DNA of 64,000 nucleotides from Paramecium tetraurelia (taxonomy: Eukaryota): contig CT867985.1 in the NCBI GenBank assembly GCA_000165425.1, forward strand, positions 868,001 through 932,000. The letters run 5' to 3'. The notes under the pieces are model-generated. The model was given only the letters and a program-made list of their open reading frames with translations. It made no database searches and was not told the origin of the DNA. Position 1 is the stretch's first letter. Every line of letters begins with the position of its first letter. A program made the position numbers and the translations under genes. Shown piece after piece: positions 1 to 12,877 of this stretch.

Positions 1-5
1 ATATA

Positions 6-1364
6 TCATTTATTTATGAATTGTTTGTTTTAAAAAGCTTTTTTTTGATTCTAGTTTATATTTAAAGTTTTCTTAGTTCCCTTCTATTTTGATTTTTCAT
101 CGCTCTTTTCATCACCTTTACCACTATCTAAACAAATCTATTTAAATATATCAGGCATTATCACAGTTGAATTGGATTTACTTCTTGAAACTCTTTAGTT
201 TTATTATTGATTTATAAGCATTTTCCTTTGTCTTATCTAAGCGTCGATATTTTATTGACTGATTTAAGCATATTGATTTTAATCAATTAAGTGTTGATAG
301 ACTGAATTAAATTAATAATTGAGTCCCTTATTCTTTTATGATGTAAAACTATGGCTATCTGAGTTTGTTGGAGATAAGCATAAACTATTTGGATTTGGAA
401 ATGTGGAAACATGAGTTAAAACAGGCGATTGTTAAGGAGGAGCTACTTATGAAAATAATGCTTAGTATGACATATAGGGATCTACTCTAAAGATGTCCAT
501 CGACATTTCAAATTGATTTTTCTAAGAGAAATTTTAATAGGCAGATTCTTTATCTTTTTCAAAACTTCTCTTTCTTTTAGGATACATTGTATTATCTAGA
601 AGATCAAAGGCCTTTGTTATTAGATTATTTTCTGCTTATTAATATATTAGCAATTTATTATATTGGTATTAATAGTTAATGGGCTTAACTTCCATTTGAT
701 CTTTTTCTTGCTTTTATGTTTAAAATATTAGTTCTAAATTGGTCATAAACACTCTATTTTTTATAGGTTCATCCTTATCTTAATTTTATATTGCAAGATT
801 AATAAGGTTTGTAATAATTTAACTAAATTAGCTTTACAGACTGCTAATGATGCAATATAATTTTATAAGCAACTAAGTTTACAGTTCCTAACTTCTCAGA
901 AACTATGCTAATAATTCATCTAAATTTGGTGTATGAAATGAAGTTGCCAATTTTTCTACGATTCCAAAATTTGGATTCAATATTAATTGCTTATTGCCAT
1001 TACTTAGAATTTTAACTTCCAAGTGTTCTAGATATTGAAGCTTTTCTATAAATAATTATTTTTCACAATTATTTTCAAGAATATCCTCAAATGCAGAAAC
1101 ATTACAATCAAATTTTATCACACTTCCTATTCTGATGATAAGCTTTATAAACTGATTGCTATGATTAGTACATATAAATTACGTTTATAAGCTAAGGATT
1201 AATTACAATTAATTCAGGCATGTTAATAATTAAGAAACACTTGAGTTTTCAATGAGGATGCTTTCTTCCTTTAACTTTTGTACTAGCTATTCTATTTTTT
1301 ATTTTTTAATTGGTGATTATAATTTTGTTTAGAATTGCTAGTTTATTTGTAATAAATTTAACAT
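6..1364 (-). CDS. Hypothetical protein (helical N-terminus, low-complexity S/Q-rich C-terminus)
   Basis: ATG at 1364 (MLNLLQINQQFQTKLQSPIKK...), at least one short GT..AG intron near 1160-1185, TGA at 6-8 under code 6. No family recognised. Confidence 0.6.
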
Positions 1365-1377
1365 TTTAATATTATTA

Positions 1378-1941
1378 TCAAAGATTAGTTGCTTTCTTAA
1401 CTCCCAATCTTGGCTTTTAGATTTATTAATATGGGTCCACTCTTTTTTCATAAAAATCAATTGGCTTATCTCTTGGTACAATCCTGGGTTCTGGGACTTC
1501 AACTGGAGGATATGACCTGGATATTTCCATTTGATGTCTAGGATAGATGTTAGTCTTAAATAAATTCTCATTCCAACCCCCTTGGATTGAGGGTGTGAGT
1601 GTTGTCACTTTTCTTCCTGCATGTCTTACACTTTATTAGCCAACTGATTGATATTACAATTTTATACATGAATTTCTCAACAATGCAATTCTATCTAATA
1701 TTTCTTGATCATCTTCCAATCCTTTCAAAGATATTTATTTCTAATATCCATTCACATAGATTCCATTTAAATATGGGTGAGTATTTTTTTTCATATAAAT
1801 TTGAAAGTCTATTTTAGGTTGATTCAATAAAGGGTGCTCAATAAGAGTTGGTAAGAAAAGTCTAATTTTTGAAGAGCTTCCTCCATAATCGCAATAAAAT
1901 ATTTGAAGGAATTTTAATTAAAATATGCCTCTTGAACACAT
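1378..1941 (-). CDS. MRPL43: Mitochondrial ribosomal protein mL43 (MRPL43 / yeast MrpL51 family)
   Basis: MCSRGIFQLKFLQIFYCDYGGSSSKIR...HPYLNGIYVNG...RNSFG...TPSIQGGW matches mL43 motifs (YCDwGGSS, HPYL.G.Y.N, PSIQG.W). Probable 24-nt intron at 1644-1667; TGA at 1378-1380. Confidence 0.9.
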
Positions 1942-2423
1942 TTATTTTTATTTAATATTTTAATATATATATAGAGAAGAAAATCACTAAAATGAAGCAA
2001 ATATGTTAAGTAGTAAATTTTATAATCTAAATTATGTTCTTGAATAAAATTAGTACGCATCGGATTAGGTATTAAGATTATATTAAATTTTTTAATTCCC
2101 TTTCTTTTTCATTTAATATATGATATTCTTAAACAAGTTGATTCATAAAATGGATTAAATATTAATATTAATTGCTTTCTAATATGTATTTAAGTAATTT
2201 AATTGCAGACTAAAATTTATTGTATGGATATTCTAGCTTAAAATATTACCTTATATAGTGCATAATATTTACCTAATGTGTAGTTCATCTTCAGTTAGGA
2301 TTATTCTTTTCAAGCCCATTCAAAATTGAAAATATTGCATTACTATATATATCAAATAGTGTGTGCTTGATTATTTTTATTTGTTTGTTATATTTAATTT
2401 CAAAATAATTGATTTTACTCTTG

Positions 2424-2942
2424 ATGATAATTGTCAACAATACGCCTAAACGATAAAAAACTTAAGATTCAGATTTAATAGACTCTCTTATCATAGTTGA
2501 AGATTCCAGTTTTAAGGAAAATTAAGTTGAATATTAAAATAATGTAAAACTTAGAAATGTGGAACTCTAATAATTAAGATAAAAAAATACTAAAAATCAG
2601 ACTTTATTAATACCTTCATAAACATAATCTTAATAATAATAATAGATTTGCTCTAAACGAGGATCTTTGGCTGAATTGCATTCCAATTTGCCATTTTCTT
2701 AAACTTATTTGGGTTAGATGTAAAATAGAAAAAAAAGAGAACCTCCTACATTGAGATTGAATGAATTGCAATAAATGAGGAGATATGAATCTTTGGAAAA
2801 TTTAGTTCAACAACCCACAAATAGAAATTATTTAAAAACATAAAATGATTACACATCTAGGAATAAAGACAACTTTTATTTTAACGCTTAATAAGTTCAA
2901 ATATAGCAACTGATAAAAACTTTAGGAAGCAGAAGATATTGA
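2424..2942 (+). CDS. Hypothetical protein (172 aa, intronless)
   Basis: Continuous code-6 ORF MIIVNNTPKRQ...LGSRRY*; no motif recognised. Confidence 0.6.
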
Positions 2943-3232
2943 ATTAAGTTTCTATGTCGTATTAGATATTTATCATGCGATTATTTTTTAACTTTTGTTA
3001 AATCTCAATTTTGGTCTTTTATTAAGGAAGCCTTGTTTTTTAACAATTAAGCATCTCTTTATAAGAATCTATTATTATATTGTATTATTTTCTTTTTATT
3101 TTTATAATTTGAATATAGAGTAAAGAATGATTTATGGACTGATAAATTCTAATAGAGTTAACTATTTTTATATTCTTTTAAATGATAGAATTGTATTATT
3201 TATTAAATTTAATATTTTTCTACTTACTAATT

Positions 3233-4641
3233 ATGTCCTAATATTCCGATTATCAATATGATATAGGGTCAGATGAAGACTATGAAATTGAAACTTAAAA
3301 AAATAACGAAATATTATTGAGTTAAGAGGAACTTTATCAAGAATTTTTAGACCATCTTGATAAAATCAAAGAACAGCTGGAATTAACCATGACTTAGGTT
3401 GTTTTGAATGTAAATTAAAAACAATATCTAGATCTTAATCTTTTTCAATTTTGATGTTTAGCAAATCTATGAATAATTACTATTAAACTCTCAGGCTGAC
3501 TAATTGAAAAAATAGCTTTAGGAATAAGGCATCTATAATTTAACTGAAGTTCACATTCAAAAAAACATGCGTTGTGCAATATGCCAAGAAAATGGCACTT
3601 AAGGGATTAGTTTGAACTGCAGTCATAAATTTTGCAAGAATTGCTGGAATCAAATGATTGAAGTCCAATTCGTAGGTTAAATACCCATAGTAAAATGTCT
3701 ACAGGATCAATGCCCTGAAAGACTCCCTCATTTATATTTAGAATAGTTTCCAAAATATAAATAAATACTCATAAAGAGATTTATGCATCACGACGATGCC
3801 ATAACTTGGTGTCCAGGTAATTTTTAATGAGTATATCAATAGGGTAAAATTGTGAAAATGTATTTAAGTGGTTGAAGCTCAAACCTTCAATAAAATGTCC
3901 TTGTAAAACTAAATTTTGCTCCAAATGTAGAGAAGAGAAACACTATCCAATTCCATGTGACATTGTCAAAAAAGTCCTAGAACATTAATAGTCAGGTGAC
4001 TATTGGGCAATCATAAATGCTTCTAAGTGCCCTAAATGTGGAAGATTAATTTAAAAAACAGAAGGTTGTCTCCATTTAAAATGCTTATGTGGATAACATT
4101 TCTGTTATGAGTGCTCTAAACCATGGGTTAAAGATCACGAAAAAAGCTTCTATGTTTGTCCTTATGCAAATACAAATAAAAATCTATCGAGATATACCTC
4201 ATAATTGAAGAATGAACTTTAGATCATCAATTTTAATATTCGAAACCTTGGATATTCTATTAAAGATTTGTAATAGAATGTAAAAATAATTTAAATAGAA
4301 CATCTAGCAGAGTAATCCGAAAAGACCATCTCTCTATTGAAAGCATCTAGATCGTAATATTATTTTTTTATTCTTTTAGATTTTTGTATTATAAATTCTA
4401 TTTAATGGAAGATAAGGTAGATGAAATTTACGAGCGTACTTTGAGTTAATTTTAGGACGAACTGAATAATTTTGTAGAAATAGTATCGAAAAAAAAATAG
4501 GAAGTTGATACTTATAAACATTCATAAGAAAAAATTATCGAAAACATCAATTTCAATGATTTGGAAAAAAAACAATTTTCCAATTTAAAAATCAAGAAAA
4601 AATTCATCAAAAATTATATCAAAGAAACTTTAATGATGTGA
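3233..4641 (+). CDS. Ariadne-like RING-between-RING (RBR) E3 ubiquitin ligase
   Basis: Acidic N-terminus; RING1 CAICQE...CSHKFCKNCW...C...CP; IBR TWCP...C...CPCKTKFCSKC...H...C; RING2 KCPKCGRLIQKTEGCLHLKCLCGQHFCYEC with the catalytic Cys retained; several short introns. Confidence 0.9.
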
Positions 4642-4895
4642 TTGTAAGATTTAGGTGACAAACTTTTTATATTGTTATTTTTATTTTATTTTAATACATC
4701 AACCTTAAAAAATAATAATTTTAGTGGTAGAAAACTGTTGCCTATTTTTACATTTAGATTTGTTTAAATCCATCATCCATAATATATTTAATTAATATCT
4801 GGAGTCATTGCAGCACAAATATAAAACTACATTGTAAATTTCAGTAATTATCTTTTTTTAATAAAACAAAATTAATTTATAAATTAAACTAATAG

Positions 4896-5441
4896 ATGTA
4901 CAAAAAACCCTCTTTACTTAATTTAACTCCAATTTCTATTCTTAAAACCAAAAATTAAGCAAAGAATCAGTCATTTTGTCCTTCTACTTTTTTAAATGAA
5001 ATTGATAGTTTTCCACAATAATCTTATGGAGATTTCAATAACACGAAGGTATTTGAACCATAAATACCACTTGAACTTGTTGTTCCCAAAACAGTACGAA
5101 GACGACATGCTATTGGAGATTAAATATTTCCCTAATAATCAGATTAGGTTTTACCAAATTTGCCAAGTCTCTCCAAAAATACAAGCATGTGTAAGTCGAG
5201 TTTGGAAGACTTATTTTTAATTTAAGAAGCTTAAACTTAACGATAATCTACCGAGCTTGCGCTGATTAACCGCAAAATAAAGTCAATCCTGAATAGTAAT
5301 AAGAGATAGGTTACTTTTTAACCTTCTCATGTTATTATTGATAAATATGATAATTCATAGATTGTTTAAGATTTACCCACAATTGGAAAGTATATTCCAA
5401 AAAGGAGAATACATATTAAACATATTACGACTGAAATTTGA
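4896..5441 (+). CDS. Hypothetical protein (181 aa, intronless)
   Basis: Code-6 ORF MYKKPSLLNLTPISILK...HITTEI*. The supplied ORF 4996..5220 is in a different frame. Confidence 0.6.
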
Positions 5442-6067
5442 ATAAAGTATATTGAAATATAAAATATAGAAATATCATTCTGTTTCCAAACATACGATAG
5501 AATTTATTATAAAAAAATTATTTCAAGTTATATCAGCACTATAATATTCCATTTAATAGCATTATTTTATAAACAATTTTAATAGAAAATGTTTTTAAAA
5601 CATTCATTTTTGGCAGCCTTTGTAATAGGAATGAAATTTTTTTAATTATGATCATAAATTTCTAAGAAAATCTAACAGAATAATAAAATAGAAATAAGGG
5701 ATAGTTTTATCAAATAATTGCTATCATCATTTATAAATTGCAATATTTAGTAGTGTGGCTAATGTGAAGACATTATTATTATTAAGTTATGAGAAACATC
5801 TAAATTTGAATTATTATTCAATTATATTTGAAAGACTCTGTCTGCTGTTAATCATATAATTCTAGATTGTAAGATTATATAATATTCCTATGGTTTTATT
5901 TAATCATAATCTTAACGACCTAGTTATTTTGATAAACATTGATAGGTAGTAATACATTAAATTCCACAAAATAAAAAAATCACATTTTTATGAAAAAAAA
6001 TTGTGATAAAGTTTGGAATTAAGCAATTTAAATTAAATCAATTAATATTAATTTTTTCTGCGTATTC

Positions 6068-6916
6068 ATGAAAGGCAAACAAAAACTTTTCAAACTTAAA
6101 CTAAAAATGCAATTGTAGTCTCAACAAATTGAAGTTGTCAATAAAACTGAGATTTCATAGAATTTAATCAAAGTAGAATAGTAACAAACTTAAAAAATAA
6201 TTTTGACAAATAATTAAGAATTAATGCCTTAATAGAATCAATTGATAAAATCTGAATTAAAACCAATTGGACTTTTAAATTTAAGTTTAGAAAAATGTAT
6301 AAATCTTTAAACTATTAAATCTTGGATTGAGATATATTTGGGATTGGAAGTTCAAATTCTTAATTTATAATTAGCGTTATATTATGAAAGGAATAACTTT
6401 TACATTTATGATATAGACAATGATCAAACCTATAAATTGGAAAAAGATGATAAAGATATAATAAATGTTTTTAGTATTTTCAAAGTTATGACTCAAGTAA
6501 AACCTAAAAATATTTCATCTTTTATAGCAATTGTTGATTAAGATATTTATGATCCTTATTAACCGTAAGCAAATATTTTAGGAAGAGCAGGAAATCAAAG
6601 AGTATGTGTTGTGTAAGTGTAAACAGAAGTGAATGATTTTTATAGTACAATAGTTCATGAATTATTACATACCTTAGGATTTGGTCATTGTTAATATTCA
6701 AACTGCCTCATGTATGCTAATATAAGCACAAGTATGCAACTTTGTGAGAAACATTTGCAAAAACTATCTCACATAAAAGAGATAGAAGAACTAAAAAGAT
6801 ATAGAGCACTTCTACATATTTCTAAATAAATTGGATTCCAAAAAGAATTCTAAGCTTTAGAACAAATCATAAAAAAGGTTGAAACTCAGGCTAATTCTTC
6901 AATGTAAATGATTTGA
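6068..6916 (+). CDS. Archaemetzincin-like zinc metallopeptidase (peptidase family M54)
   Basis: Intronless 282-aa ORF with HELLHTLGFGHC-x4-CLM (HExxHxxGxxH plus Met-turn) followed by LCEKH; upstream DQDIY...ILGRA as in M54 proteins. Confidence 0.8.
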
Positions 6917-7371
6917 ATTATTCATACTAATTAAATTGTCATTCGATATATCATATCATTATAAATAAATATTTAACTAAAAATATGGCTATAAGACATA
7001 AATATCCAAAAATAAGTATCATATTTTGTTTTTCTATTCCTCTTTATTGTAGTAGAATATTTTTATTAAAATTTCGACATAAGAACATTTGTGTTTATAA
7101 TCTGGTCTGAAATTAAATCAAAGATCTAAAGAAAGCAATATTCTATTTATATTAGTACTCTAGTCTCAGTGTCAGAGTATTTTAAAAATGAAAGACAGGT
7201 TTTTTGCTAAATCGATTAAATTTATTTTCATAATTCTTTGTATTCTATCATCACTGTATTTTAAGTCAAACCCTATAATTATATTGGTTTGTTTTATGAT
7301 TATGCAATTTATCTAAACTAATTACTAAAACAATTAAATAGAGAATAAATTATTAAAACATTAATTTATAT

Positions 7372-8334
7372 ATGCATAGTGATTTAAATTTACGGTCATT
7401 CTACGCAGGAGACCCTTAAAAAGATAATCAACTGATATAATTATTGATCACTTGTATTGAAGGTAATTAGAATGTGATTTACAATTAGAAAATTACCATA
7501 ATGTTGCTGTTGTGAATTACGTGAAAGATTAATAAATATAAAAGCAGAATGCTTCCACTTTTAAACCTTACAATGAGGAATTCTTGTTATAGAAATAGTA
7601 GTAAAGTGCAAACATATCCTAATTCACAGGGAAGATTAAATAATACTCTAGACTCACTTTTGAGGTGAGTGATAACAAGTTTTTTAGCTCGATTAAATAG
7701 GAGAATCAATTTTTATAGGGTTACGATATTATTGCTATCAAACCAAAGACTGAGGCAGTATTTACACAACTATGCACAACTGTTACAGTACAATAAATGT
7801 TAATATTAAATAGTATTTCGACATAATCACGTTTGATTGTTTTGAGAAGCTCCCATTCATTCCGAAGGCAAAAGTAAGTTCATAGCTCTTGGAGAAGAAT
7901 ATTATGTTCGAGATTAACTATGGTGATGCAGTTTAAGATCCCAATAAAAGAAGATAATTCATTTCAAATGCCTAAATCATTATAAATGCTACAAAGGGTA
8001 AGAATATTCTCCTGTCTTCTGATACTGCGTATTGGCTCTATCACAGGAGTCCCTATGATTTGGTAGCATTGGGAATTACTATTGGTTTAAAGAAGGATCA
8101 GGCGACTCAGGCAGTTGGTGCAAACGCTGAGATGGTGATTAAGCATGGCAGTATTACTCATTTAATTTAGTTCATAGAAAAGCTTGTAAAGGTGTTATTT
8201 GCGAAGCCGCTTTGAAGGACATTGAATATTTTGAATCCAAGAAGAAGTAGATCAAAAACAAATAAGAAGAGAAACTAAGCAAGAAAATTAAACTATCTTA
8301 AGAAGTGTATGCGGTCGTTTAAAATGAACAATGA
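7372..8334 (+). CDS. RPP30: RNase P/MRP subunit p30 (Rpp30/Rpp1)
   Basis: MHSDLNL, YDIIAIKPKTE, FDIITFD, FEINYG, RRQFISNA, KGKNILLSS, RSPYDLVALG motifs; several 20-26 nt introns. Confidence 0.9.
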
Positions 8335-8388
8335 TTAATCTTTTAGGAATGTATTTTATTTTATAATAATAATTGTTAAAATATAATT

Positions 8389-9251
8389 ATGCTGTCTTCT
8401 ATAATACCCAAATTTCGATACTATCAAAGGTTGAAGCAACACATGGTAAGAGATCTCTTCCGCTATATTAGGATATAAATCAAAATATTAGAAAAGAAAA
8501 TCTTGATATATAGAGAACATATCACAAATCTCAGAAACCTTTATGGGCTAAAATGAAATAAAAGGTGGAGGATAATAAAAATAGAATCTATTTATTTTGT
8601 GGATTGATCTTCCTCTGCTAATTAAAGTTTGCTTATGAAAGTAGATAATTTTACAAGAGTCTTAGTCTATCTTGCAAGAATACCTTACAGAAGATTATTA
8701 TTCAACAAATTCAAATCCTTTTTCCTCGGACTTGAAAGTGTCTATCCGAGACCAATTGTCGAATAGGTTTTCAAGAATGAAGTATCAAAATTCCAATAAC
8801 AGCTAAGTTGCCTTAACAATTGATATCGAAATTTATACAATTGGATGATCAATTACCGATGGGGGTTACAAAGAAATTCATTGTTCATTGTCTTACAGAA
8901 TGCTAAGTGACCTTGAGTAAGGAATAGAAGAGAGAATTCTATCAGAAACATGGTTTTTTGTATGGAGTAATTTTGAATGGTATTTTTAGATATATTCCAA
9001 AAATAGTGGAATCAATTTAAAGGAACTCAACAATTTTTTAAAGAATCTCAATGTTGATCCCTAAAAATTGACCGATGTGTTCGATACACTGAGAGACTAG
9101 GTAAAATGAAATGCTTATTATATAATAATTATAGGAAATCCAATTTTAGAATAGAGTACTGCAGAAGATGAAATAAAAGTAGCCTTAATATAGTTGCAAT
9201 ACACCCGACGCAATTGCAAAGAGAATTCAACCTTATTTTGATACAATTTGA
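8389..9251 (+). CDS. Hypothetical protein (basic N-terminus, one hydrophobic segment)
   Basis: Frame can be kept open with about 5 GT..AG introns (incl. 8782-8807 and 9101-9134). Alternative end at TGA 9107-9109 if the last intron is not spliced. Confidence 0.5.
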
Positions 9252-9266
9252 ATGTGTTATTAATAA

Positions 9267-11754
9267 ATGTTCAATTATAGTTCATACGAGGAAGAAATTA
9301 ATCACCCTCAGTATCGCACAAGAGTGAGATATTAGTAAGTATTATCCTAATACAAGGGATACAGGGATCTAACGAAATCTGAATGGATAACTTGATGTGA
9401 CATCTTTTTTGATGGCTGTAGAAATATAGCGTCTAGTTGCTGAAAACACAGAACTCAAAATTTCCATTAAGCAGCAGAGTGATTGTGGATTAGATAGAGT
9501 CAATTATGAGATGCAAATAAGAGATCTGATGGAAAAACTACAACAATTGCAGCAGTATTTAATGTGATCGAGAATAGGGACAATTATTTAATCGGCAATG
9601 ATAATGAGAGACTGAAAAAACTAATAAAAGACCTTGAAGGATCATTATCACGTTATGAAATTTAATTGCGTGATTACGATCCGAATTGGAAAAAAGAATT
9701 AGAACAATAAAAAAAACAGCTAGTACAATTATAAAAAAAGATTGGAGATGATGATGTAGGTAAGAAAGATTAGTATCATTTTAAGATGATTTGAGGTCTC
9801 AATTAAGCAAATTAAAAAAGAAGTTAGGTGATTATGAGAAATAGTTTGGTGGCAAAAGTCCAGAAGAATTACAAAGAATGTTGGATGAATTGTAAAGGAA
9901 GTCGAAATAATTTGATGACCTCTAAAATAAAATTGGGGGTATGGATCCTGATACTTTAGCCAAGAAACTCAAAGAATTAGAGAAATTACAGAAATCATTT
10001 GGTGGAAGTCCAGAAGATTTATTAAAAGTAAAATTAATAAAAAACATACTTTTTAGGAATTAGAAAGATTAAAAAAAAAGGCAAAAGAAGCAGATGATCT
10101 CAAAAAAGAATTAGATAAATAATTAAGAGAGAATGACAAATAGAAAAATGATCTAGATGTTCTTGATGATCTAAGAGTAAATTTTATTATTTAATTGTTT
10201 TAGTAAAATGCCTAGGATTTGCAAATGGAAAATGGGTATTTAAATTAATAATTGAATGATTTGAAAAATAAATTAAGAGATGCAGACCAATTAAGAACAG
10301 AAGGTGAATAACTTAAAGAATTATTAAAGAAAAAAGATCAAGAAATAGCAATATTAAAAAATTAATTGGCTGATCAATAAAGATAATTACAAGATACTCA
10401 ACGATAACTGTAAGATAGTCAGAGATAATTGCAAGATTAATTAAGATAGTTAGGAGATTTGCAATATAAAATAAGATAGGCTGAATAAGACAAATTGTAA
10501 TTATAGTCAGAATTGAACAATTGTTTGGATGAATTAGATTCAGCAGATGGATAAAAGGAAGTAGCAACCCAGTTAAAAGATGAAAATGATAAATTAAACT
10601 AGGAAGTGGATCAATTAAATGAAGATAAAAATAGATTATCTAATGAAAATGATGATCTCAGAAGTAGGTTGAATGATTTAATGAGACAATTATAAGATAA
10701 AGATAATAAGTTAAAAGACTTATAGTAAGATATAAATAAAAAGAATTCAGAATTGAAGGATTTGGGTAATAAATTAAAAGAAGCTAATGAGAAGATTGAA
10801 TGGATTAAAAATGAATTCGGATTAACAGATGACGATTTGGATCCAAAAAAAAGAAAACTTAATAGTAAAAATGTAAAGGATAGCATTCTATTTGCTAATT
10901 TATAGCCATCAAATTTATTATTGAATTTTCTTTTGCAATCAGCTGAAATTGAGAGATTAGGCATTATCATAGATAAATATTATAGTGAAAATGAATCATT
11001 ACAAAATTAGGTAAAAGCTTACAAACTAAAAAATGAACAAATCAGTCAATAATTGCAATAATAGCTACTATTGTAATCATAAATGAATTAAGATGATGAA
11101 ATAGAGAAATTAAAAGAATATTATGAAAATAAAATAGTAATGTTAACGATGGAATTGAGCAGATTGAGAAAATAATAAAGTTCTAGTTCTTATTAATCAA
11201 TACCAAACACTCAAAAATTACAAACAAGACCGTATAGCCAAAATAATGTTGATTAAGGTTTATCCAAAAGAGAAGAGGATCTATTGAGTTTATTTGTATT
11301 AATGGGAGCTGAATTATAAAATTTAAGGGATCAAAATTGTACATTACTCTTACAATAACAAGAGAAAGATGCCATAAAAGGATTATTGACAACAAGTGGA
11401 TATGAAGGTCAATCGAAAATATAATAAAAAGTCTATGTTAATGAGTAAAAAACTAATTATGATAATTTTTATCAAAGAGAGTTGAATAAAGGATCGACAA
11501 GTAATTCATACAAGGACTTATAGAATACTTAAATAGTAACTTCAACTTAATATAAAGCGAAGACCCTATATGACTCGAGGTAAAATGAAGGTTTCAATTA
11601 AGATAGAATAATATCTTAGTAAGGTGATAATGGTTCGCAATTATCTTATCAATATTAAGCTTAAATTCCTTATAGATATGAGTAAAGTTCTTAATAGAGT
11701 GGAAGTGGCTATTTAAAAGTTGACAAATATGAGTCATCCAGATATGTAAATTGA
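9267..11754 (+). CDS. Large coiled-coil, probably cytoskeletal/cortical protein with E(I/L)xRL repeats
   Basis: Long K/E/Q/L/D heptad-rich ORF with several introns; repeated motifs FLMAVEIQRL, LLQSAEIERL, VMLTMELSRL, VLMGAELQNL; Y/Q/S-rich tail; TGA at 11752-11754. Confidence 0.8.
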
Positions 11755-12135
11755 TATATTCATACACAGATTAATATTATATAATAATTGTCATTTTTTA
11801 CTACTGGAAAAAATAAAATATATATTCTTAATTCATTTACCAGATTTTTGTTCAGATAAAAAAAATAATAACCAAATGATAGGTCTTCAATTAATTAGTC
11901 TACGGGAGAACTTTATCATTCTTTGAATTAAAAATACATATTTGATGATTTTTAACTTAATGATATATGAAAATATATTCCTGTATATCTAAATGAATTT
12001 AGGAATACAATAAGCATATGAATGTATATAATTATGTGAAATGATACATATAAATTTAAGTTTAATTTTGATTTAGATTTTAAAAAAGTGTTTACCCTAT
12101 TAAATGAAATATAATATCATAACATTAGTTTAGAA

Positions 12136-12711
12136 TCACGATGGTATTATTTATTTAAGTACATAAATATCTTTGTGAAGATAGATATCCCAATATGATA
12201 ATTCTTACGTATTATTAAAATCAATTTCTTCAAATAATCTTATAATTTAAACAAATATATACTTGGTTATAAAATTACTTTTGTCTTTATATTTTTTGAG
12301 CAGATCTACTTTTTTAATAGTTTAATTCACTTGATTCTCATCAAACCATTACTTCAAATGACTTTATTCGTAACCATACTTTTCACCTAGAATTTTGCCT
12401 GCTCTATTGTATTCAATCCAGTCATCCTATTACAATAAATCAAACATTTCCTTTTTTTCAACACTCAGAAGCTTGAGTTAATCGAACTAAAAGTAAGTCA
12501 ACCTCTTTCTATTGGGATGAGGAAATATTTGTTAAAATATGGTTTCAGAAGTGATTAATTATTTTTCAAGGTTATCCCATAAATCAGGACAAGTTAATTT
12601 TTATCTAAAGTTTTTTGGGGAAATAGCTTTTCGTGGAGATTTAATTGTATTTTCTTTGTTTTGTCTTTTTGATGTGGTAGTAGCATTTAGCTTCAAATTT
12701 GTTTTTTTCAT
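12136..12711 (-). CDS. Hypothetical protein
   Basis: MKKTNLKLNATTTSKRQNKEN...; needs one ~31-nt intron near 12471-12501; TGA at 12136-12138. Confidence 0.55.
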
Positions 12712-12877
12712 AACGATTAGATTAAAAATAAAAATATTTCTTGATTATTAAAATTGATATGCATATTTTGTGAATTAAGTATATGAAAATGAATACGAGT
12801 CAAACCTCAAAATAATTTAATAACTTTATATAGCTTTATGAATTTGTGAAAATATCAATTTTTTATATAATTTTAAG

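Noticed and set aside
5442..6067. Longer AT-rich gaps (also 20929-21450, 33083-33666) as retained IESs or transposon remnants
   Set aside because: No interrupted gene, terminal inverted repeats or transposase motifs seen.
10313..11395. Hydrophobic minus-strand ORFs in the supplied track (also 42514-43816, 44601-45093, 53021-53635, 58367-59515)
   Set aside because: Antisense shadows of real genes on the opposite strand read under code 6.
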